DNA from: a virus
Lineage: Duplodnaviria > Caudoviricetes
Strand: one strand, 5' to 3'
DNA length: 64,000 nt
Virus record (IMG/VR): IMGVR_UViG_3300031857_023573
Coordinates: 1-64,000 of that record
Positions 27,467-38,115 of the stretch are shown piece by piece (position 1 is the stretch's first letter; every line of letters starts with the position of its first letter). The translations under genes and the position numbers were made by a program. A model generated the notes under the pieces. The model did not search any database, was not told where the DNA came from, and worked only from the letters and a program-made list of their open reading frames with translations.

Positions 27467-29782
27467 ATGCAAGAATTAATAACAAAAGATATAAAAAGAA
27501 CTAGTCGCAACGAAATAAATGTCACAAAAAGAAATGGTAAAAATGAGATATTTGAAGCTGAAAAAATTAATAAGATATTACTCTGGGCAACAACTGGTCT
27601 GAGTGGTGTATCTGCTTCAGACGTGGCAATGAATGCTCATTTGCAATTTTATCCAGGAATTAAAACATCTGAAATACACAAAGTTCTGATTCAATCTGCT
27701 GTTGATCTAATCAGTGATAAGAATCCTAACTATCAATTTGTTGCTTCTAATCTTTTGAACTACCTTTTAAGAAAAGAGGTTTTTGAAATTAAGAAAGAAA
27801 TGCCTACTTTGAAATTCTGTATTGATAGAAATATCAAGGTAGATCTTTACGATTCGTTAATTCTTGAAAAGTATACAGAAGAAGAAATTTCAAAGTGCAA
27901 CTCATACATCAAACATGAACGTGATTATGATTTGACATATGCCGGCCTTCAACAACTTATTGACAAGTATCTTGTTAAAGATAGATCTACCGGAAAATCG
28001 TATGAGACCCCACAATTTTGCTTTATGATGATTTCTATGACTGTTTTTGCAGATTATGACAAGTCACATAGAATGGAATACATCAAAGAGCTTTATGATA
28101 TGATTTCTGAGCACAAGATATCACTACCAACACCAATTATGGCTGGAATTAGAACACCAAACAGACAGTTTTCTAGTTGTACACTTATTGAAATTGGTGA
28201 CTCTTTAGATTCGATTTTTCATGGTAACGTGGCTATCGGTCAATATGTTGCTAAAAGAGCTGGTATTGGAGTAAATGCGGGATCTATTAGAGCACTTGGA
28301 TCAAAAGTTAGAAACGGTGAAGTTGTACACACTGGTGTTATTCCTTTCTTCAAAATGTTTCAATCAACTTTACACTCTTGTTCACAGGGTGGAATTCGTA
28401 AAGGATCTGCTACACTTTATTTTCCTTGGTGGCATAAAGAAATTGAAGATGTTCTTGTCTTGAAAAACAATAAGGGAACAGATGATAACCGTGTAAGACA
28501 TATGGACTATGGAATCCAGTTTGAAAAGGTGTTTTACAGTAGATTTGTTTCTAATGGTGATATCACTCTTTTTTCTCCTTCTGATGTTCCAGGACTTTAT
28601 GACTCTTTTGGTCTACCAGAATTCGAAGAATTATATTTGAAATATGAGTCGGATAAGAAAATCCCAAAAAAGACTGTTAAGGCAAGAGAACTAATGAATG
28701 CTTTTGCTCAAGAAAGAATTGGTACGGGTAGAATGTATGTGATGAATATTGACAATGCTAATACCAATTCTCCTTTCTTAGAAAGATTAAAAATGTCTAA
28801 CTTATGCGTTGAGATTGTTTTACCAACAGCTCCGATTGAAAATATCTATGACATTGATAATAAAACAGAAAATGAACAATATTCAGATGCTGAAATCGCA
28901 CTTTGTACACTAGCAGCTTTCAACTTAGGTAATATTAAATCTATGTCAGAGTTACACAGAGTAGCTGAATACATTGCTAGAATTCTTGAATATGTAATTG
29001 AAAATCAAGATTATCCAATTAATGCAGCTAAGAAGATGTTGAAGCGTCGTTCAGTTGGTGTTGGTGTTACTAATTTTGCATATTGGTTAGCTAAACAAGG
29101 CATTAAATATTCTGATAAAGAAGCACTTTTCTATGTTGATGAATTATTTGAGAATATTCAATATTCTTTATTGAAAGCTTCAAATAAATTGGCACAAGAA
29201 TTTGGAAAGTGTGAATGGTATGATAAAACTACTTATTCTAAGGGAATTTTGCCTATTGATAGATATAATAAAAACGTCGATGAGTTAGTTAAAAGAGACT
29301 ACTCTTGTGATTGGGACACATTAAGAAGTGATATTGAAAAGTTTGGATTAAGAAACTCAGTATTAACTGCTATAATGCCGGCTGAATCTTCAGCAGTTGT
29401 TCAAAATGCAACTAATGGTATTGAGCCTATTCGTTCACTTGTTATTACTAAAAAGTCTAAATCTGGACTTGTTAAGCAAGTAGCACCAGAGTGTATTAAG
29501 TTGAAGAATAAATATGAACTGGCATATGAAATGCCAGATAATCGTGGATATACTAATATATGTGCTGTTATCCAAAAATGGATCGATCAGTCTATTTCAG
29601 CTAACCATTATTATCAATACTCAAATGAAGGTATTTCAATTGGTGGTGTAATTAAGGACATTCTCTACTCTTACAAATACGGACTTAAAACACTTTATTA
29701 CGCTAATACAGATGATAAGAAATCTGATGACTTAGATTCAATGGGTGGTGCTGGTTGTGATTCTGGTGCTTGTGCAATTTGA
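27467..29782 (+). CDS. nrdA: Ribonucleotide reductase class Ia alpha subunit
   Basis: ATP cone (VTKRNG), SLPTPIMAG, FSSC, SQGGIRKG, SNLCVEI, MPAESSA, GLKTLYY, C-terminal CDSGAC. Confidence 0.97.
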   Translation: MQELITKDIKRTSRNEINVTKRNGKNEIFEAEKINKILLWATTGLSGVSASDVAMNAHLQFYPGIKTSEIHKVLIQSAVDLISDKNPNYQFVASNLLNYLLRKEVFEIKKEMPTLKFCIDRNIKVDLYDSLILEKYTEEEISKCNSYIKHERDYDLTYAGLQQLIDKYLVKDRSTGKSYETPQFCFMMISMTVFADYDKSHRMEYIKELYDMISEHKISLPTPIMAGIRTPNRQFSSCTLIEIGDSLDSIFHGNVAIGQYVAKRAGIGVNAGSIRALGSKVRNGEVVHTGVIPFFKMFQSTLHSCSQGGIRKGSATLYFPWWHKEIEDVLVLKNNKGTDDNRVRHMDYGIQFEKVFYSRFVSNGDITLFSPSDVPGLYDSFGLPEFEELYLKYESDKKIPKKTVKARELMNAFAQERIGTGRMYVMNIDNANTNSPFLERLKMSNLCVEIVLPTAPIENIYDIDNKTENEQYSDAEIALCTLAAFNLGNIKSMSELHRVAEYIARILEYVIENQDYPINAAKKMLKRRSVGVGVTNFAYWLAKQGIKYSDKEALFYVDELFENIQYSLLKASNKLAQEFGKCEWYDKTTYSKGILPIDRYNKNVDELVKRDYSCDWDTLRSDIEKFGLRNSVLTAIMPAESSAVVQNATNGIEPIRSLVITKKSKSGLVKQVAPECIKLKNKYELAYEMPDNRGYTNICAVIQKWIDQSISANHYYQYSNEGISIGGVIKDILYSYKYGLKTLYYANTDDKKSDDLDSMGGAGCDSGACAI

Positions 29783-29856
29783 TGTAGTCTAAAATCTACC
29801 ACAACCTAAGAATCAAAAACTATATAATAGATATTAAATTTTAAAAATTAAAAAAA

Positions 29857-30939
29857 ATGAAGCATATATTAAACACAAACCAAGATTTAGATTTTACTAA
29901 GTCTCCACTTTTTTTCGGAAATGATGGTGGACTATCAATTCAAAGATATGATAAGTTCCGTTATGAGAAGATATTCAATATGTTTAAACAACATATTTCT
30001 TATTTCTGGAGACCTGAAGAGATAAATCTGTCAAAAGATAAAGGAGATTTTCACTCATTAACTGAACATGAGAAATTCATTTTCACTAAAAATTTAGGAT
30101 ATCAAATACTTTTAGATTCAGTTCAAAGCCGCGGTATCTCTAATCTTTTAGAAAATTGTTCAAATCAAGAAGTTGAATTATTCGCAAAGACTTGGGAATT
30201 CTTTGAGACTATACATTCTTATTCATACACTTATATAATTAAGAATATCTATCCAAATCCAAGTGAAGTATTTGATTCCATTATGAGAGATGAAGAGATT
30301 CTAAAAAGAGCATCTTCAGTTACTCACTATTATGATGAATTGATTAATTCAATTCCGGAAGAGTCTGAATATGATAGAAAAAAGAAGCTCTATTTGACCT
30401 TGGTTTCTATTAATATTTTAGAAGGAATTCGTTTTTATGTTTCTTTCGCTTGTTCTTATTGTTTTGCGCAGAATAAGAAAATGGAAGGTAATGCTAAAAT
30501 TATTTCTCTTATTAATCGAGATGAAAATCTACATATGGGATTTTCTTCTTTTATCCTAAAGACACTTCGTGAAGAATGGGAAGAGGGTTTCCAAAAAATC
30601 GTACAAGAATGTGAACCACTTGTGATTAAGATGTACCAAGACGCTGCTAAAGAAGAATTAGAGTGGGCAGATTATCTTTTCAAAGATGGATCTATGATTG
30701 GTCTAAATGCTGAAATTTTGACTCAATATATGAAGTGGTTAACAAATAATCGTATGAAAATTATTGGTCTTGATCCACTTTTTGATAAAGTTCAAAATCC
30801 AATTAGTTGGATTAATGTATGGACAGGTGGCTCTACTCAAGTTCAGAATGCACCACAAGAAACAGAAATCGATTCTTATACTATCGGTGCTTTCAAACAA
30901 GATGTAGATGATGCTAGTTATGATGAATTTTCATTTTGA
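29857..30939 (+). CDS. nrdB: Ribonucleotide reductase class Ia beta subunit
   Basis: FWRPEE, LDSVQ, ETIHSYSY, LEGIRFY, RDENLH, APQETEIDSY. Confidence 0.97.
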   Translation: MKHILNTNQDLDFTKSPLFFGNDGGLSIQRYDKFRYEKIFNMFKQHISYFWRPEEINLSKDKGDFHSLTEHEKFIFTKNLGYQILLDSVQSRGISNLLENCSNQEVELFAKTWEFFETIHSYSYTYIIKNIYPNPSEVFDSIMRDEEILKRASSVTHYYDELINSIPEESEYDRKKKLYLTLVSINILEGIRFYVSFACSYCFAQNKKMEGNAKIISLINRDENLHMGFSSFILKTLREEWEEGFQKIVQECEPLVIKMYQDAAKEELEWADYLFKDGSMIGLNAEILTQYMKWLTNNRMKIIGLDPLFDKVQNPISWINVWTGGSTQVQNAPQETEIDSYTIGAFKQDVDDASYDEFSF

Positions 30940-31007
30940 TTTGTTAAATATTTCTGGAAAATGTTGATTCCATTGAATTGTAGAATATTGAACTTAATAA
31001 ATACATA

Positions 31008-32552
31008 ATGGAAAAAAAATTACTACCTTATTTAGTCGTGATATCGGCACTTTCAGTGTCATTATCTGCGGCATTTTATTCTGTTACTGGACTTGGAAAG
31101 ATGTTTTCTGGGGCAAGTGTTCAAGTGATGATAATGATGTCGTCACTTGAAATTGCTAAGTTAGTCTTAGCTTCTCTTTTATATCAATACTGGGCAAATT
31201 TGAACAGAGCTTTAAAAACTTATTATTTTATAGCTCTTTTTGTGCTTATGTCTATTACCTCTGCTGGTATTTATGGATATCTTTCTTCTGCTTATTCTGA
31301 TACCTTGAATAAAGTTGAAAATATTGACAAGCAAGTTGGTGTACTTGGTACAAAAAGAGAAATGTTTCAAACTCAGTTAAACGATGCTAGAACAGAAAAA
31401 GAAAGATTGAATCAAAATATTGCTGAGTTAACAAAGGGTGTTTCTAATAACTTTGTGCAAAGTAAAGATAAAGATGGAAACATTATCACTACGACTTCAG
31501 CTGCAAATAGAAAAGTCTATGAAGAACAATTAAAATCATCTCAAAAAAGAAGAGATGATATATTACTTACTGAGACAGCGTTAAACGACTCTATTACTAA
31601 AATAGACTTGAAGAAACTTGAGTTGGAGACTAATACTGACATTGCAGGAGAAATCGGTCCACTAAAATATATTGCAAAGTTGACTGGGAAGTCTATGGAC
31701 CAAGTAATAAATTGGTTTATTATCGCACTTATGTTAGTTTTTGACCCTCTTGCTGTATCACTTGTAGTGGGTGCAAACGTTATTTTTAGAGATAAAAATA
31801 AAGAAAAGGAAAAACTAAAATTGAGTCAGGAAATTGACCAAAAAATAATTGAATTTGATAGTCGAAAATTAGAGATAGAAACCTTAAACTCCGAAATTGA
31901 AGAAAGACTTAAAATAGTAGATGAAAAGGAAACACAAATTGAAGATTATAAAGTTCAAAAAGAACAAGAGTTTGAAAACAGAAATAGTGAGTTAGAATCT
32001 CAATTTATTAAAAAAAGTGATACTTTGGAATCTGATTATAGAGATTTAATAGCAAGTCTAGATGATAGAAAAAAATCACTTGATGAACTAGACGCGGAGT
32101 TGACTAAAAAAGTTCAAGATCTTGCTAACGATTTTAAAATGAAGCAGGAATCATTTGATTCATTTAAAAAAGAAGAAACCTTAAAGTTAGAGAAAATTAA
32201 ATCTGATTTAGACCAGAAAAAGATAGAGGTAGATTCAAAAGAAAAGTCTGTAAATGAGACCATAGAGTCCGAAATGACGAAGGCTAAAGAGAAATTTCAG
32301 AAAGAAGTTGATTTGTTAAATACTCAGAAAAAAGAATTGGCATCTCTTAAAAAACAAATTTCTTTAGAAAAAAAAGAATTAGAATCAGAGACAGAGAAAC
32401 TTCAAGAAATGAGAGATCAAATACTTGAAAAGCAGACTGATCTAGAAAAATTAGATAACGAGATCAAACAATGGGAATCACAACATTGGCAGATGCAAAG
32501 ATTAAAAGGTTATAACGGAACACCACCGCCACCTCCTTCTGCTATAGTTTAA
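31008..32552 (+). CDS. Membrane-anchored long coiled-coil protein
   Basis: Three N-terminal hydrophobic helices, one central TM (VFDPLAVSL), long heptad-rich region, Pro-rich C-terminus. Confidence 0.75.
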   Translation: MEKKLLPYLVVISALSVSLSAAFYSVTGLGKMFSGASVQVMIMMSSLEIAKLVLASLLYQYWANLNRALKTYYFIALFVLMSITSAGIYGYLSSAYSDTLNKVENIDKQVGVLGTKREMFQTQLNDARTEKERLNQNIAELTKGVSNNFVQSKDKDGNIITTTSAANRKVYEEQLKSSQKRRDDILLTETALNDSITKIDLKKLELETNTDIAGEIGPLKYIAKLTGKSMDQVINWFIIALMLVFDPLAVSLVVGANVIFRDKNKEKEKLKLSQEIDQKIIEFDSRKLEIETLNSEIEERLKIVDEKETQIEDYKVQKEQEFENRNSELESQFIKKSDTLESDYRDLIASLDDRKKSLDELDAELTKKVQDLANDFKMKQESFDSFKKEETLKLEKIKSDLDQKKIEVDSKEKSVNETIESEMTKAKEKFQKEVDLLNTQKKELASLKKQISLEKKELESETEKLQEMRDQILEKQTDLEKLDNEIKQWESQHWQMQRLKGYNGTPPPPPSAIV

Positions 32553-32557
32553 AAAAT

Positions 32558-32587
32558 AAAAACCTCTGAAAGTTCAGAGGTTTTTTT
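32558..32587. terminator. Bidirectional intrinsic terminator
   Basis: AAAACCTCTGAA-AG-TTCAGAGGTTTT between convergent genes. Confidence 0.85.
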
Positions 32588-33401
32588 ATAAGTTATCACT
32601 ACAGTAACCTTCTTCATAGGATTTTACAGCTCTATCTAACTCATCATAATGAATTACTAGTCTATCTTTATCGTTTAGATCTTCTTCATCTTCATGATAA
32701 AAGTCCGCAATTACTATTATTTCATCATTTGTTAAAAAACCAAATGAAACAAATCCAAGTTCTTCAATGTCTTGAGAGTCTATTAGCCTCTCAGCTTCAA
32801 TCACTCCTCTTTCTTTTAGCATCTTTACAATATTTTCTTGAGCTTGTTTTAATGGGCTATTTTCTTTTTGAAATCTTTTTTTAGCCTCAATAAGTTCATT
32901 TGTAATTATGTAGTGATACATACTTAGCCTCAGACTGAATGTACCAAATTCTTTAAGATTATTACCAGAACCTATAAATGGAACCTCACTTACAGTCTTG
33001 GTTTTGACATTAAGGTCTTCAGCTTTACTGATTCTACCAGAACACTCTTCGAATATCTTAATGAAATTTGATAGATTGTCCAAAAAATCTTTATATTTAT
33101 CAGTATCCATGTAATAACTTTTAGAATAGTCGTTTGTTGGATTTTCAATTTGTTTTGTAAAAGAGATGTCGTATGAAATTCTGATACCATCATCTGACAT
33201 TTTTGTTCCTTCAATTTTTTGTTGACTGAACATTTCAGACGCTATTTGAATTTCAAATCCTTCATCAATAAGATCAGTGAAATAATCTTTAATTAAAGAA
33301 TCTGGTAGTCTATATTTATCCTCTATTTGATAAAACTCCTCACTATTTTCAAAATGTATTGTATTAGATTCTAGAAATTTACTCCATTTAAAAATTCTCA
33401 T
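32586..33401 (-). CDS. Hypothetical protein with N-terminal tag (MRIFKWSKFLES)
   Basis: ORF; TAATATATA at 33407-33415. Confidence 0.75.
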   Translation of the reverse strand: MRIFKWSKFLESNTIHFENSEEFYQIEDKYRLPDSLIKDYFTDLIDEGFEIQIASEMFSQQKIEGTKMSDDGIRISYDISFTKQIENPTNDYSKSYYMDTDKYKDFLDNLSNFIKIFEECSGRISKAEDLNVKTKTVSEVPFIGSGNNLKEFGTFSLRLSMYHYIITNELIEAKKRFQKENSPLKQAQENIVKMLKERGVIEAERLIDSQDIEELGFVSFGFLTNDEIIVIADFYHEDEEDLNDKDRLVIHYDELDRAVKSYEEGYCSDNL

Positions 33402-33420
33402 AATTGTATATATTATGAGT

Positions 33421-34191
33421 CTATTTCCAAATTTCTTCTAGGTCAATTTTAGCAGTGACATCAATTATTTGCGAGTCTCTTTTAAGTGAATATCTACCTA
33501 TTTCAGATAACTTTTTGACTATCTTTCTGATATATTTTCTATCAGACTCTGGAATATCAAAATTAAATATTTGTATTAGATTATCGATTTCTTGAAAAGA
33601 CAATGTTGATTTGTTACCAAGAAAGTATAGAAAATCATAAGAGTAAGTATTATAGGATTCAGAATTAGGATCATCTGATTTTGATACAAGGAAGTGTGTT
33701 AATGAGTTTTCAATACCTATTGATGGAACAGAGTATTTATAACCATTAAAGTTAAATTCTTTGGTTTCTGTGTCATACTTTTCAATTAAATCAAGTTCTG
33801 GTTCGTAATAATTGAAAGTTTCAGATTCGAAATTTATTAGTTCATCTTTTCCATTTGTATCGTTAAAATAGTTTAATTTTATTGGTTTATTATTTGTAAA
33901 CTTGACTATCTCTAAAAATAGGAAAACAATATCTATACTTTTTATATCGTTGTAAGTATAGTTTTTTGATAAAATAACATTTTTTTCTACAATCTTTTTA
34001 AGTCTTGTAATTACTGAACCAAGATTTTCTTTGTTGTACTTATATTCGTATTCGATAATGTCTTCGATTTTGGCTTTTTTGATATAGAGTTCAAAATCGT
34101 CTTTGTAAAAAAGTCCTTGTGAAGGAAGGTAAATTACTTCGATTTTTTTTTGAACATTTAAAATACCTTTAATAATCGATATTAAATTCAT
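33421..34191 (-). CDS. Baseplate hub assembly protein-like (T4 gp26/gp51-like)
   Basis: IYLPSQGLFY..IEDI pattern typical of myophage gp26-like proteins. Confidence 0.5.
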   Translation of the reverse strand: MNLISIIKGILNVQKKIEVIYLPSQGLFYKDDFELYIKKAKIEDIIEYEYKYNKENLGSVITRLKKIVEKNVILSKNYTYNDIKSIDIVFLFLEIVKFTNNKPIKLNYFNDTNGKDELINFESETFNYYEPELDLIEKYDTETKEFNFNGYKYSVPSIGIENSLTHFLVSKSDDPNSESYNTYSYDFLYFLGNKSTLSFQEIDNLIQIFNFDIPESDRKYIRKIVKKLSEIGRYSLKRDSQIIDVTAKIDLEEIWK

Positions 34192-34200
34192 TTAATTTAT

Positions 34201-35313
34201 TTAGTTTTCTTGAAGTATTAAATAAATAGTTTGAGCAAATTCATTTATTGGTACTTCATCAAATATCTTTTTATCTTTTAATTCAACTTGAACTAAATTT
34301 TTCTTAACATCATACTTTACGTGTATTATATAATGTTTTGACTTGTAATTTATATCAAATAAATAAAAATAGTTTCCTTGATGTTGCCAATCAGCTTCTA
34401 TTTGAAAATCCTCTAGTTTATTAAACTCGTTGAATAATTCAGAAATTGATCTAGTTTCATCTGTTGAAAAAAGAGGAAAAACTTTTTCTCGAATAGTATC
34501 TAATAGTCTCTTTGCCTCCAAATTAGGATCAGAATTTAGGTTTAATTGAAATGTTAGATTCATTGAATTTGTTTTCTCACCAATCTTTTTTAGATTATTT
34601 AGAGTATCATAATGTATTGGTAAACTATCTCTCATCCAAGTTCGGAAAATGAAATCTGGTTTATCTAAATCTAAATCTTGTATCCATCTATCATTTAGAT
34701 TCCTTGAGCTATTGAAGAAAAAACTTGTTGATATTTTATAATTTAAATAATTAGATTCAATATTCTCTCTATTTAATTTTAGATTTACTCCAAGTTTACT
34801 TAGATATTTTCTTATCCATATAGTCAGACTTTTGGTGTTGCCAAAATCATCGGTTGTCAGATCTATAACTGATGTGTAAGGATTGTCTTTTATCTCCCAT
34901 ATCTCATCTTCTATTGAGTATTCAAACTCACAAATAAATTTTAATACTTGATACTCTTTTTCATTGCAAATCACAAATTCATTTATTGGGAATGATTGTA
35001 ATGATATACATTTAATCTTCTCATCAAATTCTAAAGATAATGTAGATTCGATTCTTGGTGATATACTATCAAATTCTTCTTTTTCAATTCTTCCATTGAA
35101 TGATACTAAGTAACTTCTAAATTCTAAGTCGTCACTAGAATATTCACTCCTTTTTAAATCGTGACAAGTTATTTGATTATCATTGATTGCAATAATTGAT
35201 TGGTGAATTACTGGAACTATTGATTCTTCTATTTCAGAAAGAATAATATCTTCTACTGTGTCTTTTATAAATGATAACTCGTTATAATCTTTGAATTCTA
35301 ATAGAAGCCTCAT
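34201..35313 (-). CDS. Hypothetical protein with N-terminal tag variant (MRLLLEFKDYNE)
   Basis: ORF; TTATATATA variant upstream. Confidence 0.75.
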   Translation of the reverse strand: MRLLLEFKDYNELSFIKDTVEDIILSEIEESIVPVIHQSIIAINDNQITCHDLKRSEYSSDDLEFRSYLVSFNGRIEKEEFDSISPRIESTLSLEFDEKIKCISLQSFPINEFVICNEKEYQVLKFICEFEYSIEDEIWEIKDNPYTSVIDLTTDDFGNTKSLTIWIRKYLSKLGVNLKLNRENIESNYLNYKISTSFFFNSSRNLNDRWIQDLDLDKPDFIFRTWMRDSLPIHYDTLNNLKKIGEKTNSMNLTFQLNLNSDPNLEAKRLLDTIREKVFPLFSTDETRSISELFNEFNKLEDFQIEADWQHQGNYFYLFDINYKSKHYIIHVKYDVKKNLVQVELKDKKIFDEVPINEFAQTIYLILQEN

Positions 35314-35348
35314 GATAGAGTATATATAATTAAAATTGAATTAGATAA

Positions 35349-36071
35349 ATGTTAATTTTAGATGATTGTTATAACTATCTTTCTAAGATTGAAAATAATA
35401 GTATTGACCTAATCTTGACAGATCCTCCTTATGCTGTTTCAAGAACTTCAAATTTTGATAAAATATCAAAAACTGCTGATGAGACTTTGAGAGTTAAATA
35501 CACAAAACATTCAATTGATTTCGGATATTGGGACACTGAAATAGATTTAGATATTTTATTTAAAGAATACTATCGAGTTCTTAAAAAAGGTGGAACACTT
35601 ATAATTTTTTATGATATTTGGAAAAGCTCACTTATAAAACAGTTCGCTGATAAGTGGAAATTTAAACAACCAAGAGTTGGTCAATGGTTAAAAACAAATC
35701 CAGTTCCGATTAACTCTAAAGTTAATTATCTTTCAAATGCTTCTGAATACTTTTTTTCTTTTATTAAAGATAAAAATCCGACATTTAATTCTGAGTACGA
35801 TCCAGGAATTTATAAATATCCACTTTGTCATGGTAAAGAAAGACTTGAACATCCAACACAGAAACCACTTGGTCTGATAAAGGATTTAATCAAAAAACAT
35901 TCAAATATTGGTAATACTGTTCTTGATACATTTTCTGGAGTCGCGACCACTGCTATTGCTTGTATAGAAACAGAAAGAAAGTGGATTTGTATCGAAAGAG
36001 ATGAGAATTACTATAATATTTCAAAAAAACGACTAGAAAATCACAAACAATCTAATTTAGACACTATATAA
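35349..36071 (+). CDS. N6-adenine/N4-cytosine DNA methyltransferase (beta class)
   Basis: IDLILTDPPY, HPTQKPLGLI, VLDTFSGVATT, ICIERD. Confidence 0.9.
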   Translation: MLILDDCYNYLSKIENNSIDLILTDPPYAVSRTSNFDKISKTADETLRVKYTKHSIDFGYWDTEIDLDILFKEYYRVLKKGGTLIIFYDIWKSSLIKQFADKWKFKQPRVGQWLKTNPVPINSKVNYLSNASEYFFSFIKDKNPTFNSEYDPGIYKYPLCHGKERLEHPTQKPLGLIKDLIKKHSNIGNTVLDTFSGVATTAIACIETERKWICIERDENYYNISKKRLENHKQSNLDTI

Positions 36072-36093
36072 TAAAAAAATATACTGTTAACAA

Positions 36094-36495
36094 ATGTCTT
36101 TTAAAATAAAAAATTCACAAATTAATAATGAGGCTTTAGAATGTTTGAATTCAATAATCGATGAGGATATCAATGCCGGTGCTGCTTTTAAACTAACAAG
36201 AATTCTAAAATTTATTTCAACTATAGTTGAGGATCGAGTAAAGGCAGAAGAGAAAATACTTGATAAGTGGGTCCAAAAGGATGAAAATGGTCAGATAAAA
36301 AAAGCAACGGGTGAAAATGGTGAAGATTTGCCAGATACAGTTTATATAAAAGATGTAGATGCATTTAGTAAGGATATGTCTGATCTATTGAATGCCGAAA
36401 ATGTAATTCCATTTGAAAAGTTAGAGTTTTCAGAACTAGGACTCAAGACTGCTAAAATTAAAGATCTTCTAAAGATCGAATTTCTTTTCAATTAA
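36094..36495 (+). CDS. Hypothetical protein
   Basis: ORF; AAACAA-N16-TATAAT at 36045-36072. Confidence 0.7.
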   Translation: MSFKIKNSQINNEALECLNSIIDEDINAGAAFKLTRILKFISTIVEDRVKAEEKILDKWVQKDENGQIKKATGENGEDLPDTVYIKDVDAFSKDMSDLLNAENVIPFEKLEFSELGLKTAKIKDLLKIEFLFN

Positions 36496-36562
36496 TTTAT
36501 TCAAAGAAAATATTATTATAAACTGACGAAGTTAATATATACAATAAAATTGTATAATTTTA

Positions 36563-38113
36563 ATGGCAGTTGCAACTTATAGTATAAGTGTAGGGACCAC
36601 ACAGGAGTCAAGTAGTAAATCGCTAATAACAGATGTGTTGTCTCTTTTACCTGATAATACTTCTAAAGAAATTACACCTAGAGATGTAAGAGATGCCATT
36701 TTTTCTGCATGGGAAAGTTCAGTCATAAGATATACATCTGATGGTGCAACTGACTATATCGGAATTGATAGAAATACTGTCAAAGATACCAAAATATTTC
36801 TAGGTAAAAAAGAAATATCAGGAACAACTGTTCTTAGTGGTCTTTTAGGCAGTGATACTGATATATTTCTATACAATACAAAATCTGACTCAGCCTTAAC
36901 TCAGAATTTCAAAATGAGTTTACTAGCTGGATCTAATACTGGTTTATTTTCAACAGCTCCTTATATATCCTCTGAATTTGTATCAGGTTCACCGAATTAT
37001 CTTTCACTCGGATTAGTAAATCCTGGAACTTACGGTACAATAAATATTGAAAGTGGTTCATCCGCGAGTATAAGTATAAATAATTTAATATTTCCATCAA
37101 CAAGTTATGTTGATGATATAGTGAATTTAGTAGTAACACCTCAAGCATCAGATGGAAGTACACTCTTGTTAGCTACAAGAGCCGGTGGTAATGTTGAGTT
37201 ACTTACACCAGCCGCTTTAGCAGGTGGTACTATTGGTGCAACTGGTTCACCTACTAACATCTACGGAACGCCGGTCACTGTAAACGGTCAACCTTTAGAA
37301 TATACAAATGCTATTCCGACTGTAACTCAGACTGGTGGTGTTGCAATTGGTACAACCTTCACAGATGTTCCACTTGTAGATGTGCTTACTGCCATACTTT
37401 ATCCTTATATACCACCAGCTGCTACAATTATAATTACAACATCACTTGGTGTTAATAGAACACTTGAGAGAAATCACTCATCTAATACTTCAATTGCTTA
37501 TACATATACTTTAACTAAAGCTACTTATAATATTACTTCTACTTCTTTACAAGTTTTAAGAAATGGTACATTAATAGTTAATGACTCATCTCTATCAACT
37601 CTTTCAGGTTCAGGTTTAATCACAAATACATATACAAATACAAGAAATATAACTGCTGCTGAAGTTTCATCTGTTTCTAATGGACCTTGTGTGATGACAT
37701 TTTCTATTGTTCCGACTGATGGAACTTCTTCAGGCACAGCTTCTACAAGAATAGAATTTGTTTATCCATATTTTTACGGATTTAGTGCAACAAACGTGAC
37801 AGATGGTGCTGGATTTAATGGTATCAACTCATCACTTAGCAAAAAATTAGATATTGGTGGTAGTCAATCAGTTGCTATGAATGGTACAGGATATATGTAT
37901 TTCGCATATCCAGCTTATCACGGAAACTTGACTACTATTAAAGATGGAAATGACTTTACGGAATTTTCACCAGTTGATTTTAGTACTTGGACTTACTCGT
38001 ACTACGCAAATATACAAGGCACAAATTGGTCTAATGGTCAATACTATGTCTATAAAAAATGGGTTAGTGTATCTACTGTTAATCCAACACAAACATATAA
38101 ATTTAATTTCTAA
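36563..38113 (+). CDS. Virion structural protein (tail fibre/baseplate-associated, Ser/Thr-rich)
   Basis: LPDNTSKEITPRDVRD, S/T/G-rich beta content, YMYFAYPAYHG C-terminal module; TAATATATA at 36533-36541. Confidence 0.65.
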   Translation: MAVATYSISVGTTQESSSKSLITDVLSLLPDNTSKEITPRDVRDAIFSAWESSVIRYTSDGATDYIGIDRNTVKDTKIFLGKKEISGTTVLSGLLGSDTDIFLYNTKSDSALTQNFKMSLLAGSNTGLFSTAPYISSEFVSGSPNYLSLGLVNPGTYGTINIESGSSASISINNLIFPSTSYVDDIVNLVVTPQASDGSTLLLATRAGGNVELLTPAALAGGTIGATGSPTNIYGTPVTVNGQPLEYTNAIPTVTQTGGVAIGTTFTDVPLVDVLTAILYPYIPPAATIIITTSLGVNRTLERNHSSNTSIAYTYTLTKATYNITSTSLQVLRNGTLIVNDSSLSTLSGSGLITNTYTNTRNITAAEVSSVSNGPCVMTFSIVPTDGTSSGTASTRIEFVYPYFYGFSATNVTDGAGFNGINSSLSKKLDIGGSQSVAMNGTGYMYFAYPAYHGNLTTIKDGNDFTEFSPVDFSTWTYSYYANIQGTNWSNGQYYVYKKWVSVSTVNPTQTYKFNF

Positions 38114-38115
38114 AT

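Noticed and set aside
27467-30939. Introns or inteins in nrdA/nrdB
   Set aside because: Both are uninterrupted and of normal length.
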